Source: Desulfocapsa sulfexigens DSM 10523
GTDB taxonomy: Bacteria > Desulfobacterota > Desulfobulbia > Desulfobulbales > Desulfocapsaceae
Reading direction: 5' to 3'
DNA: 32,000 bases
Assembly: GCF_000341395.1 (NCBI RefSeq)
Contig: NC_020304.1
Location: 2,400,001 to 2,432,000, forward strand
The translations under genes were made by a program, and so were the position numbers. Each line of letters starts with the position of its first letter. Positions within the stretch are counted from its first letter, which is position 1. Of this stretch, positions 1 to 8,292 are shown piece after piece. The notes under the pieces were generated by a model that did no database searches, was not told the origin of the DNA, and saw nothing but the letters and a program-made list of their open reading frames with translations.

Positions 1-297
1 TTTTTCCCTGCGGCAGCTTTCATAAAAGAGTTGTTCAGCCTGATTCTTCTGTTTAGGAAAAAGCAGGGGGCTGTACAGTGCCTCACCAGCCCAGCTGTTT
101 TTTGCGAGATAGTGGTAGGTTTCGGTACCAATGGCAGCGGCGGCATTGAGGTAGGGATGGAAAAGGCTTGTTACAATGGAACCGTTTTCTCTGGTGTCGA
201 GCCAGGATTTGAGTGCGGCAAGCTGGATGGAGGGACGATTAAAAATCGACCAGGGCATAGAGACCAGTCCCAGCCGAAAGGGAGTTGCTTGTTCCAT
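1..297 (-). CDS. partial CDS (first 99 codons, continues past the window edge); N-terminus resembles B12-binding-domain radical SAM enzymes
   Basis: Not in the supplied ORF track. My minus-strand translation from the ATG at 297 reads MEQATPFRLGLVSMPWSIFNRPSIQLAALKSWLDTRENGS... with no stop down to position 1. The ATG overlaps the TAA stop of the upstream LolA-like gene (TAATG). The LVSMPW..RPSIQL.ALK pattern is recalled from B12-binding/radical SAM N-termini. Confidence 0.4.
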   Translation of the reverse strand, partial: MEQATPFRLGLVSMPWSIFNRPSIQLAALKSWLDTRENGSIVTSLFHPYLNAAAAIGTETYHYLAKNSWAGEALYSPLLFPKQKNQAEQLFYESCRREK

Positions 298-1004
298 TAT
301 TGATTGATGATCTCTGTACCTTCCGGTGGATTGAAATGAAAGAGTTGTTCCATAAGCTCGGTATTGTCTCTGTCAAGAGTATTGACCAGAAGATTACTGA
401 AATTAAGAACAGTCAGCGTGTCGAAATGATCCAGTATTTCTATACGTCGAATAAGGGAATCATCGGTCACCCAGAGATGAATTTCGGCGACCTGAGACTG
501 TTTTGCTTTGGGAATCAATTTGATGATAGTGGTCTGGTCTTCGGGACTCAGGGTCAGATCGGGGGGGAGGACAGTGAAATCCTCAAGCAGATCACCGGAT
601 CCTGTGAAAAAAGAATAGGTCAGATCCTGCTGCAGAGCAGAAGCCGGGCTGATGATCATCTGGGCCATGGAGGCAAAATACATTGAAAATGTGACACCGT
701 CGCTCACCAGCACCTGTTTTTCGGGAGTTGAATAGTTCCAGCGCATTTTACCATTATTCTCACCTGGAGCATTGCTTTTCAAAAAGAAGGCCTGGCCGCT
801 TCCCTTTTTGGGGCGTCCACTGAGCTGGCCTCTGGTGTCCTGATTGAAGTCAAAAGTAAATGAGTAGATAGTGTCGTAGCGCTTCTGCAGTCGTGAGGCG
901 ACTTCCTCAGGTGTTTCTGCCGCATTTACCAAAGAGGGCAGGAGCAGGGTGGTGAAAAAGAGAAAGGTAAAAAGAGAGAGTCTGGCTGCCTGGAAAGTTT
1001 TCAT
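297..1004 (-). CDS. LolA-like periplasmic lipoprotein-carrier family protein (secreted)
   Basis: 235-aa ORF with an N-terminal signal peptide (LLLPSLVNA/AE). Overall pattern matches the LolA-like fold family. ATGA start/stop overlap with murI. Confidence 0.7.
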   Translation of the reverse strand: MKTFQAARLSLFTFLFFTTLLLPSLVNAAETPEEVASRLQKRYDTIYSFTFDFNQDTRGQLSGRPKKGSGQAFFLKSNAPGENNGKMRWNYSTPEKQVLVSDGVTFSMYFASMAQMIISPASALQQDLTYSFFTGSGDLLEDFTVLPPDLTLSPEDQTTIIKLIPKAKQSQVAEIHLWVTDDSLIRRIEILDHFDTLTVLNFSNLLVNTLDRDNTELMEQLFHFNPPEGTEIINQ

Positions 1005-1777
1005 GCAATAATTAGCTCCATTGGACGGGAAAATATACGCTCGGCAACTGGTCGGGCTGTTTCTGTACTGTCAGAGACATAGTATCTGTGACTGGCATTT
1101 CCATTCTTCGATATGATATTCGGGTTACTGAGAAGGAATTCTTTTACATAGTGAGCGGTTTCAATGGAAGAGTCAATGAGTTTAACCCGTTTACCGATCC
1201 GTGGTTGAATCAGATTCTTTAGTAGAGGGTAGTGGGTACAGCCAAGTACCAGTGTGTCGATTTGTCTGTTTTTAAACGGGGCAAGATAGCGACGGAGAAT
1301 CATTTTTGTTTCCCGCTTATTCAGCCAGCCTTCTTCAACAAGTGGTACAAGAAGGGGACATATCTCCTGGAAGACTTTACAGTCTGGTTGCCTGGCAAGA
1401 ATTGTTTTTTGGTAGATGTCACTTCTGACTGTGGCCCTGGTGCCGATAACTCCGATTCTGCCGTTTTGACTTGATGAAATAGCACGGTTGGCCGCCGGAG
1501 TGATCACCTCAATGATAGGGACGCTAAATTTTTCCCGAAGGGTTTCCGTGGCCACTGAAGATGCTGAGTTACAGGCAATAATAATTAACTCCGCACCTTT
1601 ATCCAGCAGGAACTCGGTGTTATGGATGGAGTAGTCGATAATGGTTTTCGGGCTTTTGGGGCCGTAGGGGCTCCGTGCAATATCACCGTAATAGACGAGT
1701 GAATAGTCCGGGAGCAGCTGTTCAACGGCGTGAGCTACTGTCATGCCGCCGACACCTGAATCAAAAATACCTATCAT
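1001..1777 (-). CDS. murI: glutamate racemase
   Basis: IGIFDSGVGGMTV, IIACNSASS and LGCTHYPLL motifs, which carry the two catalytic Cys. Length 258 aa. Confidence 0.95.
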   Translation of the reverse strand: MIGIFDSGVGGMTVAHAVEQLLPDYSLVYYGDIARSPYGPKSPKTIIDYSIHNTEFLLDKGAELIIIACNSASSVATETLREKFSVPIIEVITPAANRAISSSQNGRIGVIGTRATVRSDIYQKTILARQPDCKVFQEICPLLVPLVEEGWLNKRETKMILRRYLAPFKNRQIDTLVLGCTHYPLLKNLIQPRIGKRVKLIDSSIETAHYVKEFLLSNPNIISKNGNASHRYYVSDSTETARPVAERIFSRPMELIIA

Positions 1778-2001
1778 TGATAATACTGTGGTTGTAAATT
1801 GATGGTTTTGCCGGATGCTGTTGTTTCCTCAGCAACGGTGGTTTCTTTTGCAGCTGCAATTGATTTTGTATAAAAAAACTCTCAGTTTGCATCGATAGTA
1901 AACCGGGAACTACAAAAGTCAAGTGAAGAGAAGGCAGGAGCTGCAGCCTACTTCATAATATCCCGATACTGCGAAACTCTTCCAGGAAATGATAGCGGGA
2001 G

Positions 2002-2030
2002 TTGACAGGCCGAAACCTGCGCATTACAGT
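2002..2030 (+). promoter_or_regulatory. candidate sigma70 promoter for the zinc-ribbon gene
   Basis: TTGACA (2002-2007), 17-nt spacer, TACAGT (2025-2030), about 70 nt upstream of the ATG at 2099. Confidence 0.3.
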
Positions 2031-2098
2031 ACGCTGTACCTTGGGAACAGGGAATACAATATAAAAAAAACAAGACAAATAGTGAGACGGAGTCAGAA

Positions 2099-2371
2099 AT
2101 GCCAGTATATGAGTATGAGTGTCCAGCATGTGAAAAAGTTATTGAGGTTCAGCAGCGAATGTCCGACGATCCTTTATCTCAGTGTCCGGACTGTGGTGGG
2201 CCTGTGAAAAAAATCATGTCCATGAGTTCCTTTAAACTGAAAGGCGGCGGCTGGTACGCTGATGGCTACGCCTCTACACAGCCAGCAGGAAAGAGTACAT
2301 CCACCAGTAGTACGGCGGCCCCTCCCTGTAAGTCGAGCGGCAGTTGTCCCTGCGCTGCAGCAAATTCCTGA
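2099..2371 (+). CDS. FmdB-family zinc-ribbon protein (CxxC..CxxC)
   Basis: MPVYEYECPACEKVIEVQQRMSDDPLSQCPDCGG is the canonical FmdB/CxxC_CxxC_SSSS N-terminus. The tail is S/T/A-rich and Cys-containing. Confidence 0.85.
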   Translation: MPVYEYECPACEKVIEVQQRMSDDPLSQCPDCGGPVKKIMSMSSFKLKGGGWYADGYASTQPAGKSTSTSSTAAPPCKSSGSCPCAAANS

Positions 2372-2387
2372 TCACTCTTCTCTGGTT

Positions 2388-3467
2388 TCAGTCGTGGATG
2401 GCCATTGCATCACCGTATGAATAAAACCGATAGCCCTTTTTGATGGCTTCCCGGTAGCTGTCCATCAGGTGTTCACGGCCACAGAGTGCTGAAACCAGAA
2501 ACAGCAACGATGATTCCGGCAGGTGAAAGTTGGTTATAAGATTGTCCACAACCTTGAACCTGTACCCAGGCATTATATAGAGTCCGCACCAGTCTTCTCC
2601 TGCCTGTACCCTGCCGTCAGGATCGGTCATGAACTCCAGGGTTCGCACCGTGGTCGTACCCACTGCCCATATCTTTCCTCCTGCCTTTCGCACTGCGTTA
2701 ATTTTGTCAGCACTTGCCTGTGACACCGAAACATATTCCTGATGTATCCTGTGCTTCCTGATATCCTCACAGCGAACTGGAGCGAAAGTACCATGCCCCA
2801 CATGGAGAGTGATCTCTGTAAACTCCACACCTTTGTTACGAATAGCCTCTAACAGATTCTCTGAAAAGTGAAGTCCTGCTGTCGGCGCAGCGACTGCTCC
2901 TGGGTTTTGAGCATAAACCGTCTGGTAGCGCTTCCTGTCTTCGTCGGTACTGCCCTCTTTCCTGCTGATATAGGGCGGGAGTGGAACCTGTCCGTACTTC
3001 TCAAGGATTGTGGAGAGCTCTTTATCGCTGGAATAGGAGAGCTCAACAGTGACCTTCCCGCCATCAAGCAGTTCCAGCACCCTGGCCTCAAGGTCCGGTC
3101 CCAGCAGGAGCAGAGAGCCGGGTTTCGGCCGTTTGGAACTTTTAATAAGCGTTGTCACTTCGGCATGTTTTTTTCCATTATGACCCTCGGATACAACGGG
3201 GTAAGAAAGGAGAAAAACTTCTACCTTGCCACCACTCTTCTTGTGTCCATGGAGCCGTGCTGGAAAGACTTTTGTGTTATTTACTACAAGCAGGTCGCCG
3301 GGATTCAGCAGGTCGATGATTTGATGGAATTTTCCATGTTCCTGTTTACCTGTGTGGCGATTGAGGATGAGAAGGCGCGAATCTTCCCTGGCATCTGCCG
3401 GGTGTTGGGCAATGTTTTCAGGTGGAAGTGTATAGTTGTAGGCCTGGAGGGTGAATTCCTGTTGCAT
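2388..3467 (-). CDS. queA: S-adenosylmethionine:tRNA ribosyltransferase-isomerase
   Basis: Motifs VFPARL, LPPYI, YQTVYA, GAVAAPTAGLHF, TLHVGHGTFAPV, GTTTVRTLE, TNFHLPESSLLFLVSA. I prefer the internal ATG at 3467 (MQQEFTLQAYNYTLPPENIA) over the ORF-track start at 3515, by analogy with known QueA N-termini. Confidence 0.93.
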   Translation of the reverse strand: MQQEFTLQAYNYTLPPENIAQHPADAREDSRLLILNRHTGKQEHGKFHQIIDLLNPGDLLVVNNTKVFPARLHGHKKSGGKVEVFLLSYPVVSEGHNGKKHAEVTTLIKSSKRPKPGSLLLLGPDLEARVLELLDGGKVTVELSYSSDKELSTILEKYGQVPLPPYISRKEGSTDEDRKRYQTVYAQNPGAVAAPTAGLHFSENLLEAIRNKGVEFTEITLHVGHGTFAPVRCEDIRKHRIHQEYVSVSQASADKINAVRKAGGKIWAVGTTTVRTLEFMTDPDGRVQAGEDWCGLYIMPGYRFKVVDNLITNFHLPESSLLFLVSALCGREHLMDSYREAIKKGYRFYSYGDAMAIHD

Positions 3468-3544
3468 GCGTAATTCGCTAAGTGTAGATTGAAAAAAATC
3501 GGTTGGATGTACCAACTGGTATTCTGGAAAAAGGTTTACCTACC

Positions 3545-4219
3545 ATGTTCCTTGTCGTTTGCGCAACAGAATTTGAGCTCCAATCACTGCTGGATTACAG
3601 TGTTTGTAAGGCTGACGAATGGATGAGCCTGGTCACTGGAGTCGGTATGGTGGAAACAGCATTCAATCTGACCCGGTTCCTTGAAAGAGAAAAGAGCAAG
3701 GGGGAGAATGGAATTCATGCTGTCCTGAATCTCGGAGTCGCTGGTGCCTATCTGGCTGATGGAGAAAAACAGGCAGACCTTCTGCAGATCTGTTTTGCTG
3801 AGAAAGAATTTTTTGGAGATATGGGAATCTGTTATCCAGACCGTATGGAACCCCTTGCTGAGGACTTGCTGCATAGATTTCAGTATGTTTTGGACTCCGA
3901 TCTCCTCAATCGGGCCGAGTCTCTGCTGGAAGAAAACGGTCTTCAGGTTCGGCGCGGAAATTTTGTTACCGTGTGTGGAGTGAGCGCGACCGCCGGTCGT
4001 GGCGCAATGCTCAGGCAAAGGTATGATGCTCTCTGTGAAAACATGGAAGGCGCAGCCGTTGCCAGGATCTGCGAGGAATATATGCTGCCTCTACTTGAAA
4101 TGCGTGCAGTTTCCAACTATGTCGAAGATCGTGATCTAACGCGTTGGAAATTAAAGGAGGCCTGTGATCAGGCAGGAAAGGCGGCCGCCATGCTTCTTAA
4201 AGGTTTGAAAAACGAATGA
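3545..4219 (+). CDS. mqnB: futalosine hydrolase (MTA/SAH-nucleosidase fold)
   Basis: MFLVVCATEFE start, VTGVGMVETA, CENMEGAAVA and MRAVSNYVEDRD motifs. ATGA overlap with the following mqnD. Start at 3545 is preferred to 3503. Confidence 0.8.
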   Translation: MFLVVCATEFELQSLLDYSVCKADEWMSLVTGVGMVETAFNLTRFLEREKSKGENGIHAVLNLGVAGAYLADGEKQADLLQICFAEKEFFGDMGICYPDRMEPLAEDLLHRFQYVLDSDLLNRAESLLEENGLQVRRGNFVTVCGVSATAGRGAMLRQRYDALCENMEGAAVARICEEYMLPLLEMRAVSNYVEDRDLTRWKLKEACDQAGKAAAMLLKGLKNE

Positions 4220-5058
4220 CAACTCCAGTAACTCTTGGTTATTCACCCTGTCCAAACGATACCTATATCTTTTATGCACTGACCCATGGTCTGATTCCAC
4301 TGCCTGATGTGCAGTTGGCAGCACCACTGCTTGAAGATGTGGAAACCCTGAACTCCTGGGCGGTGGAGAAAAAACTCGACATCACCAAGCTTTCCTTTCA
4401 TGCCCTTGGTCATGTACTGGATGAATATTGTGTGCTTTCCGCAGGCGCTGCTCTTGGTCGTGGCTGTGGCCCGCTTCTTGTAGCAAAGCCCGGATTTGAC
4501 CCTGCAGTTCTTGATGATGCACGTATTGCTATCCCGGGCAGCCTGACCACCGCCGCTCTTCTTTTTCGTATGTATTCCCCTAAAGCCACAAATTTGGTGG
4601 TAATGCGTTTTGATGAAATCATGGGGGCGGTAGCAAGTGGAGAGGTGGATGCGGGGGTAATTATTCATGAAAGCCGTTTCACCTATGCAGAACATGGACT
4701 GACTTGTCTGCAGGACCTTGGCACCTGGTGGGAGCAGACCTCGGGGCATCCCATACCATTGGGCTGCATTGCTGCCAGACGTTCCCTTGGAAAAGAGCGG
4801 ATAGAACAGATAGACAGGGCGATCCATGAGTCCATTGTCTGGGCCGATGAACACCCCGGAGAGTGTCTTCCCTATATTCAGCAATATGCTCAGGAGATGG
4901 ATCAACAGGTGATGCAAAATCATATAGATCTGTATGTGAATCAATTTTCCAAGAATCTTGGACCAGAAGGGATGGCAGCGATTGAGAGTTTTCTTCTTCT
5001 TGGCCGAAAGGCGGGTATTCTTCCCATCCTGCCAGATACAGTCACCCTGCAGATATGA
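4216..5058 (+). CDS. mqnD: 1,4-dihydroxy-6-naphthoate synthase (futalosine pathway)
   Basis: LGYSPCPNDTYIFYAL, LEDVETLN, GAALGRGCGPLLVA and IIHESRFTY closely follow the Thermus MqnD sequence as I recall it. Confidence 0.85.
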   Translation: MTTPVTLGYSPCPNDTYIFYALTHGLIPLPDVQLAAPLLEDVETLNSWAVEKKLDITKLSFHALGHVLDEYCVLSAGAALGRGCGPLLVAKPGFDPAVLDDARIAIPGSLTTAALLFRMYSPKATNLVVMRFDEIMGAVASGEVDAGVIIHESRFTYAEHGLTCLQDLGTWWEQTSGHPIPLGCIAARRSLGKERIEQIDRAIHESIVWADEHPGECLPYIQQYAQEMDQQVMQNHIDLYVNQFSKNLGPEGMAAIESFLLLGRKAGILPILPDTVTLQI

Positions 5059-5657
5059 GAGAATTAACAGGAATACAGCAGGAAGCACCCATTCGTGCCT
5101 GTCTGCTTATCGGTGGTCGCAGTTCCCGCATGGGTCGCCCCAAACACCTGATTACTGGGGTCAACGGCAGAACATGGGTTGAGAATACCGTGGATCTGCT
5201 GCAGCCCTTTACCAGCAAGATCGTTCTTTCAGGACGGGGGGAGGTGCCGGAAAGTCTTGCCGCACTTACACGTATTCCTGATGTCCCCGGAGTACAGGGC
5301 CCACTCACAGGAATCCTTGCAGCCATGCGCTGGCGACCAGATTCCTGCTGGTTGCTACTGGCCTGCGATATGCCTAATATTACCACGGAATCTCTGGAGT
5401 GGCTGATTGCCAGCAGAAGCCCCGACTCCTTCGGAACGGTTCCCCGTCTTCAGGAAAATGGTTTTGTCGAACCTCTTCTTGCCCTCTATGAACCGCAGGC
5501 CAAAGACTATTTTGAAGAACTCTGCTCCTCCGGTGTCTTACGGATTTCCATGGTGGCCAGACGTGCGAAGATAGCAACTCCAGTTATTCCACCGTCACTT
5601 TGTGGTGCCTGGAGCAATATTAATACCCCGGATGAATTGTCCCAGTCGCTTTTGTAA
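5055..5657 (+). CDS. mobA: molybdenum cofactor guanylyltransferase
   Basis: LLIGGRSSRMGRPKHL and LLLACDMP motifs, about 200 aa. ATGA overlap with the mqnD stop. Confidence 0.85.
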   Translation: MRELTGIQQEAPIRACLLIGGRSSRMGRPKHLITGVNGRTWVENTVDLLQPFTSKIVLSGRGEVPESLAALTRIPDVPGVQGPLTGILAAMRWRPDSCWLLLACDMPNITTESLEWLIASRSPDSFGTVPRLQENGFVEPLLALYEPQAKDYFEELCSSGVLRISMVARRAKIATPVIPPSLCGAWSNINTPDELSQSLL

Positions 5658-5715
5658 AAAAAGCGAACCGGAGTTAGTCCCAAACCACCACACATATTTG
5701 TTACCATCATATTCA

Positions 5716-6771
5716 ATGCAACAACAAGATAGAATACAGAATATTCAGGCGCTCCGTGGTGTCGCTGTCCTTTTTGTCGTGTTTTTACACCTTTTCAGTG
5801 TTGAGCGGAAATATGGCGGTTTGGAGACGATCCTTCCAGATATTCTGCAATTTGGAATATTCGGGGTGGATATGTTTTTTGTGATCAGTGGCTTTGTAAT
5901 GGTCACCGTAACAAGAGGAAAATTTCGCAATTTCAGGCATGCAGTAACCTTTATCTATCGCCGTCTTTCAAGGATTTATCCATTGTACTGGGTGTACACT
6001 TTACTGGTTTTGGTTGTTTTTCTCATCCAGCCGTCCTGGGTTAACAGCAAACAGGGAAACCATATCTCTATTCTTGAGTCTTTTTTGTTGATCCCGTCGC
6101 ATTATTTGCCACTGGTTATGGTTGGATGGACTCTTATCCATGAAATCTATTTTTACACTGTCTTTTCATTGGCACTGCTCTTTTCCTCCGAAAAAAGACT
6201 GCCATTTGTGCTTGTGGGCTGGGGCGGAATTGTTGTTTTGGGGAGTGTCCTGTTTACTGTTACGCTCCCAACTCTCAGGATACTTTTTCATCCTCTGACT
6301 CTCGAGTTTATTGGGGGCTGTTTTCTGGCAATCCTGTACCAAAAAAGGAACTTCACTGTAAAACCTGCTATCCTCGTTGTTCTCGCTTTAGCTGCTCTCG
6401 TGGCCTCGGTCTCCGGATACTATCTCTTTACTGTTGTTACAGGAAGGATCGAACCGCTCTATTGGTGGAGGGTATTCATTTTTGGTATCCCTGCTCTGGC
6501 AATTGTATTCTGTCTGATCAATGCAGAGAGGAATGGCTATCTCATGAACCGCTATCTGATCAGGGTTGGAGATGCCTCATATTCCATATACCTGTCGCAT
6601 ATATTGAGCTTAAGCCTCGTCGGGAGGATTTGGGGGACTTTTTCTGTCAATGGTCTTGCTGATAATATGGTAGTCCTTCCACTTGCACTGGTATTTGTCA
6701 TTATTGTTGGCATGGCCAGCTACTCGTTAGTTGAAAAACCACTCCTGAGAATAAGCCGAAAACTGATTTAG
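5716..6771 (+). CDS. acyltransferase family 3 integral membrane protein
   Basis: IQALRGVAVLFVVFLHL and GVDMFFVISGFVM motifs, multiple TM segments, YSIYLSHIL near the C-terminus. The ATG at 5716 is preferred to the ORF-track start at 5602, which overlaps mobA. Confidence 0.8.
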   Translation: MQQQDRIQNIQALRGVAVLFVVFLHLFSVERKYGGLETILPDILQFGIFGVDMFFVISGFVMVTVTRGKFRNFRHAVTFIYRRLSRIYPLYWVYTLLVLVVFLIQPSWVNSKQGNHISILESFLLIPSHYLPLVMVGWTLIHEIYFYTVFSLALLFSSEKRLPFVLVGWGGIVVLGSVLFTVTLPTLRILFHPLTLEFIGGCFLAILYQKRNFTVKPAILVVLALAALVASVSGYYLFTVVTGRIEPLYWWRVFIFGIPALAIVFCLINAERNGYLMNRYLIRVGDASYSIYLSHILSLSLVGRIWGTFSVNGLADNMVVLPLALVFVIIVGMASYSLVEKPLLRISRKLI

Positions 6772-6924
6772 GTCCTAAAAGGGGCAGTACAGTGCTGTAA
6801 CATCTTCAAATCAACAAAAACTGTGGATTCAGATGATACAAGATCACTCTTATACGAGACTTGATAAAGCAAAACAGGACATATGAATATTTACAGCAAG
6901 CATATTTTACTTTTGGCATTCGTA

Positions 6925-6959
6925 CTCACTGAACCTCGCCGCTCAACACTACGTTAGCG
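6925..6959 (+). repeat. partial attC-like junction element (family motif plus core-like GTTAGCG)
   Basis: CTCACTGAAC (6925-6934) matches the TYCAC..GGAC family motif. ACGTTAGCG (6951-6959) lies 37 nt before the PEBP ATG. It aligns to 13071-13129 with an internal deletion. Confidence 0.3.
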
Positions 6960-6995
6960 ATAGAAGAAACCATTAACTTTCAATAAGGAGACATT

Positions 6996-7550
6996 ATGTT
7001 CAAGTATTTTTTTGTGACAATCTTTACCTTGATATTGGCAGTATCAGTTACTCATGCTCAAGAATTTTCTTTAAAAAGCAATGCCATTGAGCCAAATTCC
7101 TTTTTATCTGAAAGCCAACTATTTAATGGATTTGGTTGTACAGGGAAAAACATCTCTCCTGATCTGAGCTGGACCTCCGGACCAAATGGCACTAAGAGTT
7201 ATGCTATAACTGTCTATGATCCAGATGCTCCTACTGGTTCGGGGTGGTGGCACTGGGTTGTGTACAACATACCTAGTACTACCACTGAATTGGTAACAGG
7301 TGCAGGGAGTGAAAGCGGAGAAAAGCTACCAAAAGGAGCTGTTCAAGGGCGTACGGATTTTGGGATTAATGGTTTTGGCGGTGCTTGCCCACCAGAAGGA
7401 GACAAGGCCCATCGCTATATTTTTACAATATATGCACTTAAAATAGAAAAAATTGAACTTCCCAAAGATGCAAGTTCGGCATTAATTGGTTTTATGATTA
7501 ATGCTAATTCACTTGGTAAAGCAAGCTTTGTTGCCAAATATGGCCGCTAA
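6996..7550 (+). CDS. YbhB/YbcL-family phosphatidylethanolamine-binding (PEBP/Raf-kinase-inhibitor-like) protein, secreted
   Basis: Signal peptide ending AVSVTHA/QE. YAITVYDPDAPTGSGWWHWVVYNIP and HRYIFTIYAL motifs. RBS AAGGAG upstream. Confidence 0.88.
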   Translation: MFKYFFVTIFTLILAVSVTHAQEFSLKSNAIEPNSFLSESQLFNGFGCTGKNISPDLSWTSGPNGTKSYAITVYDPDAPTGSGWWHWVVYNIPSTTTELVTGAGSESGEKLPKGAVQGRTDFGINGFGGACPPEGDKAHRYIFTIYALKIEKIELPKDASSALIGFMINANSLGKASFVAKYGR

Positions 7551-7580
7551 TAACACGTGTAAGTGGATTTGCGGTTTAAT
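7548..7580 (+). repeat. short or truncated attC-like junction element
   Basis: TAATAAC (contains the PEBP stop), then GTGGA (7563-7567), a 6-nt spacer, then GTTTAAT (7574-7580). The 3' half has the same architecture as 15728-15745. Confidence 0.3.
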
Positions 7581-7663
7581 GAAGTATGTTGTTTCTTTGC
7601 CCGTTTTATCCAGTGAGCCTTCTCGAAAGGTCGATTTCCATCGATCTTTTCTCCCTTCCCTTT

Positions 7664-7696
7664 AGCCCCCCTGATCTTTTTCAGAGGGGCTTTTTG
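7664..7696 (+). terminator. rho-independent terminator-like hairpin
   Basis: AGCCCCCCTGA / TCAGAGGGGCT stem (10 of 11 paired) followed by TTTTT. Confidence 0.45.
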
Positions 7697-7986
7697 CTTT
7701 TGCTTGACCCCTTTTGCTGTCAAAATGCAGGATTCACAACCCGAATCGGCTATTAAATCGTGTCTAACGGGGAATATGGTTTTGAAACCAGTTTGTGATA
7801 GAGAACTCTGCAGGTACAATCTAATAATTTCGGTATCCCTGCCGGATAAGTTCGTAAAACTCAATAAAATCAGACATAAAGAGACTATGAAATGGTTGCT
7901 TTTTAACACAAATCACTCTATCTATGATAGATGATTGAATTTCGAATGGATATAAAAGATGTGCAAACAAAAGAATTGAATAATGA

Positions 7987-8106
7987 AAGGGGTCAAGTCT
8001 CCCTTTGACCTTTGTAGTGGTTGTGTGATATAGCAAAAACATGTCAATACTACTACGTATGGAATATCATGGCGCTTGGTATCATGTTCACTTAGAAACG
8101 GGGTAG
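7987..8106 (+). pseudogene. remnant of a RAYT/IS200-like (Y1) transposase gene: 5' leader plus a truncated, frameshifted N-terminus (copy 1)
   Basis: ATG at 8041 reads MSILLRMEYHGAWYHVHLETG*. R.EY.GAWYHV is the conserved N-terminal motif of REP-associated tyrosine transposases. The leader 7987-8046 is repeated at 9474-9533 with about 3 mismatches in 60 nt. Confidence 0.45.
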
Positions 8107-8292
8107 GATAAAGCTGGCGGATGACAACATAATGATACGACAAGTTGAATTTACAAAATAATCACATTTTTTATTCTTGGTAACGAAAGGGGGCAAATCT
8201 GCTTTTTGGCTTTTGCTTGGCCTCTAAGGTCAAAAGGAGACTTTGTTTATTGTTAAAGGACCAGTGTGTCGCAAGGGGGAGACATCGACAAG

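Noticed and set aside
4243-5088. 281-aa minus-strand ORF. Similar long antisense ORFs occur at 2868..3473, 3584..4018, 20949..21554, 28193..28603, 29638..30171, 30429..30770, 285..686 and 31..303.
   Set aside because: Each lies entirely antisense to a gene with strong family motifs (mqnD, queA, mqnB, proW, adaptor, permease, LolA-like, radical-SAM-like). Their translations are low-complexity or Cys/Arg/Ser-rich with no recognisable motifs. They are shadow ORFs.
5147-5156. A 10-nt match (ACCTGATTAC) to the MITE terminus inside mobA.
   Set aside because: It is a single short match inside a conserved coding region with no partner inverted repeat, most likely by chance.
5602-5715. Upstream extension of the acyltransferase ORF (start 5602), and similar N-terminal extensions at 3503, 15728, 23011, 27062 and 3515.
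   Set aside because: The extensions overlap the preceding gene or a junction element, use GTG/TTG, or lack an RBS. Internal ATGs give N-termini that match the family pattern.
7547-7909. 120-aa minus-strand ORF in the gap after the PEBP gene.
   Set aside because: It runs through a terminator-like hairpin and repeat debris, has no RBS or recognisable domain, and its lysine-rich C-terminal portion (encoded toward 7547) comes from translating the A/T-rich repeat. It is probably non-coding.
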